Shown here: positions 10,752 to 21,684 of the stretch, piece after piece
Layout of the letters: the number at the start of each line of letters is the position of its first letter
How positions within the stretch are numbered: position 1 is the stretch's first letter
Origin: a virus
IMG/VR virus record: IMGVR_UViG_3300013102_000002
Span: 64,001 to 128,000 of that record
Strand: one strand, 5' to 3'
DNA: 64,000 nucleotides
The notes under the pieces: generated by a model
What the model was told of the DNA's origin: nothing
What the model saw: only the letters and a program-made list of their open reading frames with translations
The model's database searches: none
Made by a program: the position numbers and the translations under genes

Positions 10752-11324
10752 ATGACAACTCAAACACTTTCCCAATCATCCGCAATCACTGCTGAAGCCA
10801 ATCAATATCCATCGCTTTCCAATTTCTCTTTGCTCTCGACTTCCAACAAAGTTGACGTTTTGTCTGATGTTCTTGCTACAATTATCAGAGATGAATTCTT
10901 TGCTGATTATTACTCTGAACTTTCTTCAAATGAAAAGTCACTTGTTCAAATGTCTTTAATTGCCGAACTGTCCTTACACGGTATCAAGGTTGATGCTGAA
11001 CTGATTACAATGTGTGAAGCATGTTCTTCTGTCCTTGCTACACTTGTTATCAAATATGTTCAATCCATCTCCACAGCCGAACAAATAAACTCCGAACTTC
11101 AGATCATTAAACTGTCTGGTCAGAAATTCGCTATCAACAAAACCAGCTACGCTATGCCCAAAGGTTTCGCCTTACATCATCCTATCTTCGGCTTCCTGGG
11201 CTTCTCTGATGGCATCTCACCTTATCAACCAATTGGAGGTAAAAAAGCCCTACAATGGATTCTAGACGATGGTGGGTTTGTATCATTTGAGGGTATGAGA
11301 TGGTGGAAACCTATGCAAGTTTAA
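10752..11324 (+). CDS. Hypothetical protein
   Basis: AAAGGAG RBS, own promoter. Confidence 0.7.
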   Translation: MTTQTLSQSSAITAEANQYPSLSNFSLLSTSNKVDVLSDVLATIIRDEFFADYYSELSSNEKSLVQMSLIAELSLHGIKVDAELITMCEACSSVLATLVIKYVQSISTAEQINSELQIIKLSGQKFAINKTSYAMPKGFALHHPIFGFLGFSDGISPYQPIGGKKALQWILDDGGFVSFEGMRWWKPMQV

Positions 11325-11425
11325 TAAATAAATATATTGAAATACATTATCCTGTGTGGTAAAATGGTCTTAGATAGTTAATCAACCTTAACTCTATTCC
11401 ACTTACCACACTGGAGGTCATTGCA

Positions 11426-11866
11426 ATGTCAACATCAACTCAGATCACCTCAACAGAACTTGAATACATCCTTAAGGACTTCCTTACTACTAACTCCATT
11501 CATGACATTTATCTCAAGGATACATATAATTGTGAACTTGCCTCATTTCTCTATGATGATTTCATGTCTGAGATTGAAGTAAATATATCTAATATCATCA
11601 CATACGCTCAAAATCATTCCCTTGATCCTGTTCATGCAGCTAAGGCCATTCTGTGCCATGAATTAGGCCATTACATCGACTTCACAGCCTATAACGGCAT
11701 CCAGCGTTCAAACAGCGTAGAACGCGCTACAGGAGACCGTAAAACACGTTTACAACGTAACCTGGAATTGTCGGCCTATAGACACGGCAAACAATTTGTT
11801 ACTGCTGACTTTGCTCATGCTTATGAAGTAGTAAACAAAATCAATCTGCAATGTTATGCAGTGTAA
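11426..11866 (+). CDS. Zincin-like metallopeptidase
   Basis: ILCHELGH (HExxH) plus downstream ELSA glutamate; GGAGG RBS. Confidence 0.65.
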   Translation: MSTSTQITSTELEYILKDFLTTNSIHDIYLKDTYNCELASFLYDDFMSEIEVNISNIITYAQNHSLDPVHAAKAILCHELGHYIDFTAYNGIQRSNSVERATGDRKTRLQRNLELSAYRHGKQFVTADFAHAYEVVNKINLQCYAV

Positions 11867-11896
11867 ATAAATAAAAATATAAAGGTGGTTACCATA

Positions 11897-12244
11897 ATGA
11901 AATCAATCCTATTCGCTCTGTTCATTTCTCTTTCCCTATCTCAATTCCCACTATCCCCAATCAACTCGGCTCAGATCCTATCCGTTCCAGTCTCACACGC
12001 TCAATCACAGCAATACATATTTGAAGACTTCCGCATTGTCGATGTAACACCAATGGGTGAAATTTACGGCGAACTAATCACAGGCACAGGTGAAGGGATC
12101 TTTCTTCTCCAATCTCAATTATCAACTATTCCAGACGCACCGACTAAATTAATTGTTGGTGATGAAATAGAGATTGCTTGGACTGTTCAAGATTATCAAG
12201 ATGAGAACTGGGAGAATATACATTCGATTGAGTTTCTAAATTAA
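11897..12244 (+). CDS. Putative secreted protein
   Basis: N-terminal MKSILFALFISLSL resembles a signal peptide. Confidence 0.65.
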   Translation: MKSILFALFISLSLSQFPLSPINSAQILSVPVSHAQSQQYIFEDFRIVDVTPMGEIYGELITGTGEGIFLLQSQLSTIPDAPTKLIVGDEIEIAWTVQDYQDENWENIHSIEFLN

Positions 12245-12366
12245 GAATCCTTAACAGGGTTCTTTTTCTCATTTAATGAGTAAATATATATTGACAAATA
12301 CTATATATTCGTGGTAAAATTAATTATAACTTAAATTAACCACCTTCACTTAAGGAGCGGATACAT

Positions 12367-12804
12367 ATGACAGAAATCAAAAAGGTAATAACTAAAAATG
12401 GCAAGGTTCAATATTATGAATTTAGCCGTTTTCAGTTTCGTTCGTTCCGTATCTCAGCAGCAGATGCTGAATTAAAGTTAGCGACAGGTGAAAGTTGCTT
12501 AGTTGATAAGTTCTTGCATGAATCCGTATCTGCCGAACTTTTTCCAGAAGAAAATAAAAATGTTGAGTGTGTAGAAGTTGGCAAAGCTATTGAAGAAGTA
12601 AAACAAGATAATGTTGTTTCTTTTACCGATAAGTTTAAGGCAAAGCAAGAAAAAACTGACTTAGAAAAAGCTAAATCGCATTTTATTAATAACATTTTAC
12701 CCAACATGAGCTTGCAAGAAAAAGAGACTGTCCTGAACAATCCCGATATGATCAGAGAAGTTTTACTCAATGTAATGTTGAGAACTACAGTAGAAAAGAT
12801 GTAG
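12367..12804 (+). CDS. Hypothetical protein
   Basis: AAGGAG RBS, own promoter. Confidence 0.7.
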   Translation: MTEIKKVITKNGKVQYYEFSRFQFRSFRISAADAELKLATGESCLVDKFLHESVSAELFPEENKNVECVEVGKAIEEVKQDNVVSFTDKFKAKQEKTDLEKAKSHFINNILPNMSLQEKETVLNNPDMIREVLLNVMLRTTVEKM

Positions 12805-12812
12805 TAAATTAA

Positions 12813-13130
12813 TACATTGCAGCAGTTTACAACCAATTACAGCCGATCCCATTAACTCAACAGGAAGCATTATCAGTCATTCCAGCACTCACCAAACAAT
12901 CAGCCTTCACATACTCCTCACACGCTCTAGAACGCCTTAACCAGCCTGATAGATGCTTTACTGTTGAGCGTATGCTATTTATACTCAAGTTTCCTAAAGC
13001 AGTATCAGAGCCAGTATACAATGATAAATATAATGAGTATCGTCATTGTGTTCGAGGGTATAATAACAGACATGTTGTAGTCTCTTTAAGCGCTGCCAAT
13101 ACAGCAATGGTCATTATCACCGTCTATTGA
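12813..13130 (+). pseudogene. DUF4258/RelE-like reading frame lacking a canonical start
   Basis: 105-codon open frame FTYSSHALERL...RHVVVSL...MVIITVY*, absent from the ORF track; no ATG/GTG/TTG or RBS at the 5' end. Confidence 0.55.
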
Positions 13131-13219
13131 TTGTCTGTGATTCTCTGGCCTTTCCTGGAGCCTCAGAGCGCGTTATAATTGAATCTAATACATAGTTACC
13201 AATACAAATTTACATAGGA

Positions 13220-13459
13220 GTGTTACCCATGACTAATAATCAGTACATAACCGATATCATTCAAAATGCATTCAAAAACAATAACAAAATGGATCAATTT
13301 AAGCACTTTTATAATTTATCTCATGAGGATCTGACCGGAGTTGCTGAAGCTTATAAACATGGAGCAATGACGGAAGAGGAAATGCAGGAACAAATTAAAG
13401 TGTTTATGAATGAGTATACCTATAATTTGATTGAGTTGATGAGTAGCGAAGGGGAGTAA
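13220..13459 (+). CDS. Hypothetical protein
   Basis: AGGAG RBS; true start probably ATG 13229. Confidence 0.65.
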   Translation: MLPMTNNQYITDIIQNAFKNNNKMDQFKHFYNLSHEDLTGVAEAYKHGAMTEEEMQEQIKVFMNEYTYNLIELMSSEGE

Positions 13460-13576
13460 AGTACGTAATGTACGTAAACTGAGTGAATTTAAAGAATAAA
13501 TATATTGCAATAACCTTTTATGTGTTGTATAATAAAAACAAGAAGAAGATAATACATATAAGGGAGACGATGTAAA

Positions 13577-13786
13577 ATGATGTTAGTTAGAAACTCTAAA
13601 GGAACGCCAATCGGTAAAGTTAGTGCAAACGAGGATCAAGCGGGAACAACTTGGACAGCGACAGCGATTCTCTGGGGAGACGATGCCAGCAAACATCTGG
13701 GCATTTTCTCAACAATTGATGAAGCTATTAAAGAAGTAAAGAAAAACGGACGTAAAAAGCTTCAGGCATATTATGCGGCAATGTAA
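13577..13786 (+). CDS. Hypothetical protein
   Basis: Own promoter, GGGAG RBS. Confidence 0.65.
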   Translation: MMLVRNSKGTPIGKVSANEDQAGTTWTATAILWGDDASKHLGIFSTIDEAIKEVKKNGRKKLQAYYAAM

Positions 13787-13861
13787 ATAAATAAAAATAG
13801 TAAGACTACATTTTCTTGTAAGAGCGGAGATGCGGTCTTACTTGTGAGAGGATACTCATAA

Positions 13862-14206
13862 ATGAAAATAGAAATTACTAACGATAGTTCGACTCTGGGG
13901 AAGCAATACATATCTGAGCTTGGATCATTTAAAGAAAAAGGTAAAACAAAGGAAGAAGCCAAAACAAATTTACAGAACGCTCTTAAATGGTACTTTGACT
14001 TTACCGGAGACGATAATATAATTAAGCAGATCCCAACAGCAAAAAGAACTTTAATTCTACAGCGTTCATTTACTGGATATATGCTTGTAATCAGTTATCA
14101 AGACGACACAGAAGGTCTTAATACTAGTATCAGTCTTTTGGGGAGAATAAATCATTCTCAGGCGTTAAACGTCTTAGAAACATATATACATATGTACAGT
14201 AATTAA
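13862..14206 (+). CDS. HicB-like domain protein
   Basis: ISELGSFKEKGKTKEEAKTNLQNALKWY resembles the HicB N-terminal GxTxEEAxxNxxxAL motif; no hicA nearby. Confidence 0.5.
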   Translation: MKIEITNDSSTLGKQYISELGSFKEKGKTKEEAKTNLQNALKWYFDFTGDDNIIKQIPTAKRTLILQRSFTGYMLVISYQDDTEGLNTSISLLGRINHSQALNVLETYIHMYSN

Positions 14207-14385
14207 ACATCATGAAATACTTGTTTTATCAAGTTATTTATGTATATGTATTCATGATTGGATGTATAAATGAGCATATTAGATGAATAATATACATAAT
14301 ACTGTATAAATATAATATAGTTGATTTATAAGAATAAAAATATATACAATAATCAATATTAGGTGTATTATTTATATATTAAGCA

Positions 14386-14625
14386 ATGAGAGGCGGAATT
14401 ATTATGGCATCTTCTAAATTTAATGGAATGTATGAATACATGGGTTTTGCTATTACTAATGACGGTGATGCTCATGAATGGAACATAGAGCCTATAGAAT
14501 GGGATCTGAGAGCCGTTGAACGGTTTAAGGGAGAAGCACCTATTCCAATAATTAAAACACTAGCAGCGGCTAAAAAATGGATTAGGGCTAATAGTGAACA
14601 ATATAGAGAAGCAGACTTTTTATAG
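14386..14625 (+). CDS. Hypothetical protein
   Basis: ORF followed by hairpin AGGCC-GAAA-GGCTT and a T-tract. Confidence 0.65.
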   Translation: MRGGIIMASSKFNGMYEYMGFAITNDGDAHEWNIEPIEWDLRAVERFKGEAPIPIIKTLAAAKKWIRANSEQYREADFL

Positions 14626-14738
14626 AGGCCGAAAGGCTTCTTTTTTGTTTAATGAATAAATATATTGACAATACACAAATAAAGGTTTAATATATAGATA
14701 AGAAGTTAATACATATTAATTACATGGAGGTTTTACAA

Positions 14739-17060
14739 ATGGCTAGAACATATAACTATTACAATTTCAGAGACGCAAAGGTAAACATCGCTCATACGCT
14801 TATGGCGAAAGGTTGGGAAGTATTCGGTTATTCTGCTGATCAATCCGACAGCATGACAGATTATTACTGCCCAGCTCACTGGAACGGTGTGGCTTCTAAA
14901 AATGGTTATGTGTTACTGGTCGATGTTTCTTCTCTTAGTGATAGTGGCCGCACAGTTACAAAAAGATCATTTAACAGTACAACTAAAGACATCCAAAATA
15001 AAATTGCAAAACTTCAAAATATGACAACGGAAAAAGGTGCAAGCCAACAAGAAGAAGAATCTGCAAAAGCAGCAATCGAAAAATTGCTTGAAAAACAAAA
15101 TGAAGGTTGGACTGAAGAAGTTGTTGCAATCTATCCAGAATTTAAAAACGTTAATCCTTCCACTTCAAAATGGCACATTGAAAAAGATGGTGTTTTAGTT
15201 GATAAAGGTACGGGCATTGGTAAATTTTCTGATCTCCCGTATAACTGGGACGGCATAACAAAACACGAAGACGAAGACAAACAAAAAGCAATCAGCGCTT
15301 TTAATAAATTCATCTCCAGAATTGAAAAAATTGTAAATACTATCACTGTTACGGATGGTTCAGAAGTTGGATCTGCCGATGTTGAAACAATGCAGCTAGT
15401 GACTGAACGAGTAACAAAGACAGTGACAAGACCAGTACAAGTTGAAAAAGAAAATATCGAAATTGGTGACTATTTGAAATTTGCTCATCGTGGCGGGTTC
15501 TGGTTAGTAACAAATATTTATGAAGTGAACGGGAAAACCCGTATCTCTTATGAAAATGTAGGCAGTGAAAAAAGAGGATATCAACAATTGAAAAACTGCA
15601 CTAGATATTATGACCTGGAAGAAAGAATGCTCAAATCTATTCAAGAAGGAAAAACAGTTATTCATCAAATGACTACTTTCGACGAAATGACAGAAGTTGA
15701 AAAGTGGGTTAAGGTTGGCAAGACTCCTAGAGCAAGTAAAGAGGCCGTTACTGTTGATGCTGAAGAAGTTGTAACTGTTAACGAAGAAACGGCAACGGGC
15801 GAAACCGTAGAGACTTCTAACAGCGTTACAATGACAATCAATGAAGAATTGAACGGTATCGAATTGAAGTTTTCTAAAACCCTATCAGAAGAAGAACTAT
15901 CCACTCTATACGCTAATGGGTTTAAGTGGTCTAAACGCGGTGGAAAATGGTATACAAAGCAAACACCGGAGCGTCTTGAATTTGCTCAGACTCTCGTACC
16001 TTCTAACACTTCCAGCAGCGACAACGTAATAGAAACACAAGACACACAAGAAACGGCCTCAGAGACGGTTACAGACAGTCAGAACGATAACGTAATCTAT
16101 TATGAGTTTAACCAAAATGAAGCAGCAGAAACGAAACAAGAAGGTGATACAATGGATAATACATATGTCAACAACGATACGGATTACAATGTTAACGAAT
16201 CAATTCCTTTTAACTCTTTTGATGATATTTTTAATAAATTTGATAACATTGAAATTACAGCAGATCAAAAGGTTTCCGGTGAAGATTTGGAATTCTGTAA
16301 AGAACAAGAATACATTTATAAAGAATTGATCTCTAATTATAATGAATTCTATGAGCGTCTTCAGACTATAGGGGAGAAAGACAAAGAACACAGGAAAAAG
16401 TACGGAAGACAGTCAGGAACATACTTTCATGCTCAAAATACGGCCTATTATTGCTCAATGAGTAAATATGATTTTCAGGACGCAATAAACAAAATTAAAA
16501 ATTCTTTTATAGCTTGTGTGTGCGGTTATTTTGAAGGAAAATACAGTATTACAATTGATAGAGATAATATAATAAGTAAATATAAAGAATACATCAATTG
16601 TGATAATATTATTGATGAAATTCACGAACAAATGGGCGGACATAATTTCACAGAAAAGGCCGAACAAGAAATAAAAGCAAAATCTATCAATATTTTTAAA
16701 TATAATGATGAAAGAATAACTATTCGTAATAATAAATTAATCTTAAATGGTTACTTTGTTCGTCATGATTCAATTTGGAAAGATTATAGACTTACCAACA
16801 ACAAAGAATTCATCTTTAGCGCACTATCTCATTTTGACAATGGATCTGTGAAAATTAATCAAGAATTGTCAAATAAATATTGTGGTTATGATAACGAGAA
16901 AAAACCATCAAACTTTGAAAAGTATGAGACACAATCACTTAACAAAGTTAAATCAATTAAATTTTTGAAAAATGGAAAAATGGAAATCGAATTCACATCT
17001 AATCAAGTTGCTACTAAGTTTGCAAATGAATATTGCGGGTATAATCAACAATCAGCATAA
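14739..17060 (+). CDS. Large multidomain (polyvalent-like) protein
   Basis: Modular: DUF2786-like IAKLQNMTTEKGASQQEEESA, and NEELNGIELKF..GFKWSKRGGKWY resembling polyvalent-protein modules; acidic linkers. Confidence 0.7.
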   Translation: MARTYNYYNFRDAKVNIAHTLMAKGWEVFGYSADQSDSMTDYYCPAHWNGVASKNGYVLLVDVSSLSDSGRTVTKRSFNSTTKDIQNKIAKLQNMTTEKGASQQEEESAKAAIEKLLEKQNEGWTEEVVAIYPEFKNVNPSTSKWHIEKDGVLVDKGTGIGKFSDLPYNWDGITKHEDEDKQKAISAFNKFISRIEKIVNTITVTDGSEVGSADVETMQLVTERVTKTVTRPVQVEKENIEIGDYLKFAHRGGFWLVTNIYEVNGKTRISYENVGSEKRGYQQLKNCTRYYDLEERMLKSIQEGKTVIHQMTTFDEMTEVEKWVKVGKTPRASKEAVTVDAEEVVTVNEETATGETVETSNSVTMTINEELNGIELKFSKTLSEEELSTLYANGFKWSKRGGKWYTKQTPERLEFAQTLVPSNTSSSDNVIETQDTQETASETVTDSQNDNVIYYEFNQNEAAETKQEGDTMDNTYVNNDTDYNVNESIPFNSFDDIFNKFDNIEITADQKVSGEDLEFCKEQEYIYKELISNYNEFYERLQTIGEKDKEHRKKYGRQSGTYFHAQNTAYYCSMSKYDFQDAINKIKNSFIACVCGYFEGKYSITIDRDNIISKYKEYINCDNIIDEIHEQMGGHNFTEKAEQEIKAKSINIFKYNDERITIRNNKLILNGYFVRHDSIWKDYRLTNNKEFIFSALSHFDNGSVKINQELSNKYCGYDNEKKPSNFEKYETQSLNKVKSIKFLKNGKMEIEFTSNQVATKFANEYCGYNQQSA

Positions 17061-17122
17061 ATATAAGAATATGGGGAATCGGTTTTCAAAAGACTGATTC
17101 TCTTTTATTGGAGGACAGATAA

Positions 17123-20100
17123 ATGTACCAAATTTCAAACATAGAAGTACCACAAAATAAGCGCAAAGAGATAAATGAAAAGATTCAATTCATGATTCAA
17201 AATGATTCTTGTTCTAAACATGGAATCACCAAGCAAAACATATATGACATGTACAGCGGTACGGGTGGATTACATGGTCTAGAATTTAAAGATTTTGATT
17301 CTTTTTACTCCTTCACTGAGGCTAAAAAATTGCGTGAAGTAGGGGAGTTTTTTACACCTCATTCATTGTCAAAGTTTTTAGTGAACTGTTTAAAGATTGA
17401 TCGGTTTCAATTAGTCGCAGATTTGACGGCAGGTAGTGGTAACTTTATTAATTGGCTTCCTAATCAGCAAAATGTATATACTAACGAATTAAATATAAAT
17501 AACTATAAAGTTATGAAATATCTTTATCCTGATATTAACGCAACATGTGGAGATATACGCGAATATAACCCAGGAATGACCTTCGATTGTATTATAGGCA
17601 ATCCGCCGTTTAATTTAAAACTGCACATCAATAGAACGGAATATCTGAGTCAGTTATACTATTGCATTAAAGCCCATGAACTTTTAAAACCGTGCGGAAT
17701 ACTAGCCTTAATTGTTCCAGTCTCTTTTTTGTCTGACGACTTCTCAGATGGTGGAATGATTAAACAAATGAATGATATGTATAACTTTATCCATCAAGTG
17801 GAGTTACCGTCTGATTCTTTTAAATCTAGCGGAGTCGATAAATTCCGTACAAAAATTATGTTCTTTTCTAAAAAGAGTGAACATGTAACAAATGATAATT
17901 TGTATAATACAAGCCTATCAATGTTAAGCGGAATTTCAGACTTAAACAGCAAATCAATTTATAATACATATATTCTACCAGTAATTGAACAAAAGGAAAA
18001 AATAAAACATAAATTATTCTTTGAGCAAGTACAGAATAACCAAAAGGAAAGTAAAAATAATTTAGAATTTCAGTCAAAAGTTAAAAAACACCTATTTGAT
18101 ATCAAACGATCAAAAAATATTAACAACAAATATGCCGCATGTATGGAACATGTCAATAAATATTACAATCAAGAAAAACCCGAAGGAATGAAGTTCGAAG
18201 AATGGGAAAAAGTTCGTTTAACGCCTAATAAAGTATTGTCATATCTCAAGCGAGTCTTAAAGAATCAACATAAAAATGAGCAGGATTGTATTAAACTGGT
18301 TAAGACCAATAGCGGATTAAAATTAAAGGGATACTCTCATAAGAAAAAAATATATCTGTCAAAATACACAGGATTAAAAGAAATAAGTTTTAATGACTTG
18401 ATTTTGAAAGGTGAATATCCATTTGAAGATCAAACCTATAGAAAATTATTGAATAGAAAAATGAAAGCATACAAACAGCAAAGTAAGCCATTTAAAGAAA
18501 TGCAGCAGAACAGTTATATTTCTGAATGGTTAAATTCATATAGGCTTAATGACTCTCTAAATGACCGTGTAATTGAGTTGAACAGCATTCAACGGGAAGA
18601 CATAGGGAAGATACTTCAGAAGCGTTACGGCTTGTTACAGTGGGATTGTGGGGGCGGTAAATCATTGGCAGCAATTGCTTATACTCAATACCATTTACAG
18701 CATAACAATGTTAAAAACATGTTTGTTGTTGCTCCAGCAATTGCAATTACTGGAACTTTTGAATCTGTTTTAGATAGTTACGGTATTCCATTTGTTAAGA
18801 TTGATTCATTAAAAAGTATTGCAAGAATTAAGCCTTCTGACATCGTTCTAGTGACGTTTAATATGTTAACCAAGTACCAAAGACATATTAAGAAATTCAT
18901 ACGTTTAAACGGGCGTAAAATTGGCTTAGTGCTGGATGAATCCGACAGTATAGCAACAATGACAAGCAAGAGAACAAAAGCAACTTTGAATGTATTTAGG
19001 AATGCAAAATATAAACTTTTGACTACGGGTACAAGTGTTAGAAATTCAATAGGGGAAGCATTTCCGCAATTTCAATTGCTCTTTAATTCATCGGTGAATT
19101 TTATTAATCGCTGTGAAGAAATTTATGTACAAGATAAAAAAACTAAAGAGCTGAAAACAGAACGAAATTCACACTATTTAAAGCCTTATCCGCAATATCA
19201 TAAAGGGCAAAAGTTATTTCAGGAAAGCCACATCCCAGAAAAAATAACTGTATTCGGCGTGTCGCAGTCAACACAACATATTTATAATTCAGATATCCTT
19301 AAAAATCTTATTGACTCTACAATTATCACTAGAACGTTTGAAGAAATTACGGGTAGATCTATTGCAAACAGATTTCAAGATACTTGCACATTTAATAACC
19401 ATGAATATACACTATATAAAAAAATTGTAGATGAGTTTTACGAAATGGCTAGGAATGTGCAGAGAACCGGAAACAGCCGAAAAGATAGAATGCTTAAAAT
19501 TATTCAGCAACTTAATATGCTTATTAGAAGTTGCAGTGCTGCACATTTATTTAAAGAATATAATGGTAGTGGTTATTCTTCAAAATTTAAAAAAGTTTTT
19601 ACTATGCTTAAGGAATGGGATAATGAGCCTGTAGTTATTGGATGTCGGTTCAAAAAGACAGTATACAGTTATGCGAGATATATTAGAGAACTTTTCCCAG
19701 AACGCAAATTATTTATTGTTACAGGTGAAGATATGAGCCTTAAGCAGCGCAAAGAAATGATTACAGAAATGAAAAAACATACAAATCCAATTATGGTTTG
19801 CACTCAGCAATCACTTTCAAGCAGCGTTAGTATAAATTATGTGAATAAAATTATAGTAACGGAATTAGCCTGGAATGGGGCCAGCCTACACCAATTTACA
19901 GCGAGATTTATTCGTTTTGATTCAGAAGCCGATAATAAAGAAATTCATTATGTAACATACGAAAACAGTATCGAAAGCAATTTACTTAAACTGATATTGA
20001 GTAAAGAAAAGCTTAATTTATTCATGAAGGATGACAACATAGATGACGAAGAATTATTTGAGCGTTTCGGCGTTGACTTTGACATTTTGAATATGCTAAT

Positions 20101-20164
20101 GACAAAGGAAAAGGATCAAGACGGATATACTAGATTGAACTGGGGTCAACAAGAAATTATTTAA
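17123..20164 (+). CDS. N6-adenine DNA methyltransferase fused to SNF2/SF2 helicase (DarB-like)
   Basis: GEFFTP, DLTAGSG, IIGNPPF (MTase); WDCGGGKS, LVLDESD, LTTGTSVRN and HelicC-like C-terminus. Confidence 0.85.
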   Translation: MYQISNIEVPQNKRKEINEKIQFMIQNDSCSKHGITKQNIYDMYSGTGGLHGLEFKDFDSFYSFTEAKKLREVGEFFTPHSLSKFLVNCLKIDRFQLVADLTAGSGNFINWLPNQQNVYTNELNINNYKVMKYLYPDINATCGDIREYNPGMTFDCIIGNPPFNLKLHINRTEYLSQLYYCIKAHELLKPCGILALIVPVSFLSDDFSDGGMIKQMNDMYNFIHQVELPSDSFKSSGVDKFRTKIMFFSKKSEHVTNDNLYNTSLSMLSGISDLNSKSIYNTYILPVIEQKEKIKHKLFFEQVQNNQKESKNNLEFQSKVKKHLFDIKRSKNINNKYAACMEHVNKYYNQEKPEGMKFEEWEKVRLTPNKVLSYLKRVLKNQHKNEQDCIKLVKTNSGLKLKGYSHKKKIYLSKYTGLKEISFNDLILKGEYPFEDQTYRKLLNRKMKAYKQQSKPFKEMQQNSYISEWLNSYRLNDSLNDRVIELNSIQREDIGKILQKRYGLLQWDCGGGKSLAAIAYTQYHLQHNNVKNMFVVAPAIAITGTFESVLDSYGIPFVKIDSLKSIARIKPSDIVLVTFNMLTKYQRHIKKFIRLNGRKIGLVLDESDSIATMTSKRTKATLNVFRNAKYKLLTTGTSVRNSIGEAFPQFQLLFNSSVNFINRCEEIYVQDKKTKELKTERNSHYLKPYPQYHKGQKLFQESHIPEKITVFGVSQSTQHIYNSDILKNLIDSTIITRTFEEITGRSIANRFQDTCTFNNHEYTLYKKIVDEFYEMARNVQRTGNSRKDRMLKIIQQLNMLIRSCSAAHLFKEYNGSGYSSKFKKVFTMLKEWDNEPVVIGCRFKKTVYSYARYIRELFPERKLFIVTGEDMSLKQRKEMITEMKKHTNPIMVCTQQSLSSSVSINYVNKIIVTELAWNGASLHQFTARFIRFDSEADNKEIHYVTYENSIESNLLKLILSKEKLNLFMKDDNIDDEELFERFGVDFDILNMLMTKEKDQDGYTRLNWGQQEII

Positions 20165-20688
20165 TGAGTAAATATATGTTGTAATGTGTAATAAATAATG
20201 ATAAGATAAAGATATAAATTTAATAAATATTACAAGGAGGCTCCCCCTATGATCCAAGCAATCAGCAAAATTCTCCCTATTCCCAGCAAATCAAACTTTA
20301 CCAAGACTATGCAGCAAGAAACTAAACTCAAAAAGAAAATCAACAAACTAAACGAAACAGACGTTTATACGTCATTTGCTGAGCAACTAGGACTGGCTTG
20401 TAAATTCAACTAAATAATAAATATACAGAGGAGTTTATATAATGAAAACAAAAACAATCAAACTTGTGAAGCGTGACGGATCGGTTATCTTGAAATGCGA
20501 GGGTGATAACATGAAGGTGTTTGAACTTGCTACATGCTGTAAGCATGATATTATTTGTTCTTATGGTGATGTTGTGGAGATTAAGGTTAGTGCATGATAT
20601 AATAAATAAATATAAAATAGTATTGCAATAAAATTTGATGTGTGCTAATATTATTACATAAGGTAATACATATTAGGAGGCGGTAAAA

Positions 20689-21087
20689 ATGGTGATTACA
20701 GCTAAATTCGCAAGTGTTTGTCCGGTTTGTTCTAGAGGTATCGAAGTTGGTTCCAGTGTAGAGTGGACTAAAGGCCAAAAAGCCAAACATTCGAAGTGCT
20801 GCAATAACCCAACCGTCAAAAGTGAAAATAGAATGGGGATGTCTCTTCCCGTAATCGGAATGAAGGTAAAATCTTTTCTCAATATTCAAATGAAAAACAC
20901 CTTATTAGGAACTACTCACGAAGGTGTTATTATCGGCTTTGATGATAAGTATCCTATAGTTGATTGGAGTATTGAGGGAGTAAAGCCAGAGGCTATACGT
21001 GTAATCAACGAAGAAAAATGCACCAGAGAGAAGAAAGCGCTTTGCATATTTGATATTGAAAACCGTAAACAACTTTACGTGGTCTAA
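20689..21087 (+). CDS. Hypothetical protein with N-terminal Zn-finger
   Basis: AKFASVCPVC..HSKC; GGAGG RBS; own promoter. Confidence 0.7.
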   Translation: MVITAKFASVCPVCSRGIEVGSSVEWTKGQKAKHSKCCNNPTVKSENRMGMSLPVIGMKVKSFLNIQMKNTLLGTTHEGVIIGFDDKYPIVDWSIEGVKPEAIRVINEEKCTREKKALCIFDIENRKQLYVV

Positions 21088-21133
21088 GGGGAAGAAATTC
21101 CCCTTTCTTCAATTTGAATCTTGAGGTGGTTTT

Positions 21134-21331
21134 ATGAAGCCAAATAACTTAATTAATAGACAGGTGAAAATAACTGATCATGATTCCCCTTATTATGGTC
21201 ATTGGGGATACGTTAAAAATTATGATGGTGACTTATTTCATATATCAGGCGGTTCAATATCTACAGACAGCGGAGAGATAACGGCAATTTTTGACCGTGA
21301 TCAATTTAAAATCGTCAAAACAAAAAAGTAA
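21134..21331 (+). CDS. Small SH3/KOW-like protein, paralog of 27438..27629
   Basis: Shared YxGHWGxxKxxDGxxFHIxGGSIS..FxRDxFKI. Confidence 0.75.
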   Translation: MKPNNLINRQVKITDHDSPYYGHWGYVKNYDGDLFHISGGSISTDSGEITAIFDRDQFKIVKTKK

Positions 21332-21684
21332 CGGAGTGGACGGTGTAATAATGGAGAATATAAGAGTTAATAACAATACTGATTATGAAAATGACCAATT
21401 TTTAGGCATATGTAAGTTCTGTCTAGAGGCTGCAATAATTGACGATATAGAGGTGTGCATACATTGTATCAAGTGAGTTAGAATAAATTCCGTTCTTGAT
21501 AAAAACAAGGTTTTATCAAATTCTAAATGAATATTTATACGGCCCTTAATTTACAAGTGTCGTATTTTTCATGAGAATATACATTTAAATGTATGAATAT
21601 TAGGACGGAAAATTTAATGAATAAATATATACAAACACATAAAAGTGTGATACAATGTATTTATAAGGTAATACATAGGAGGCA

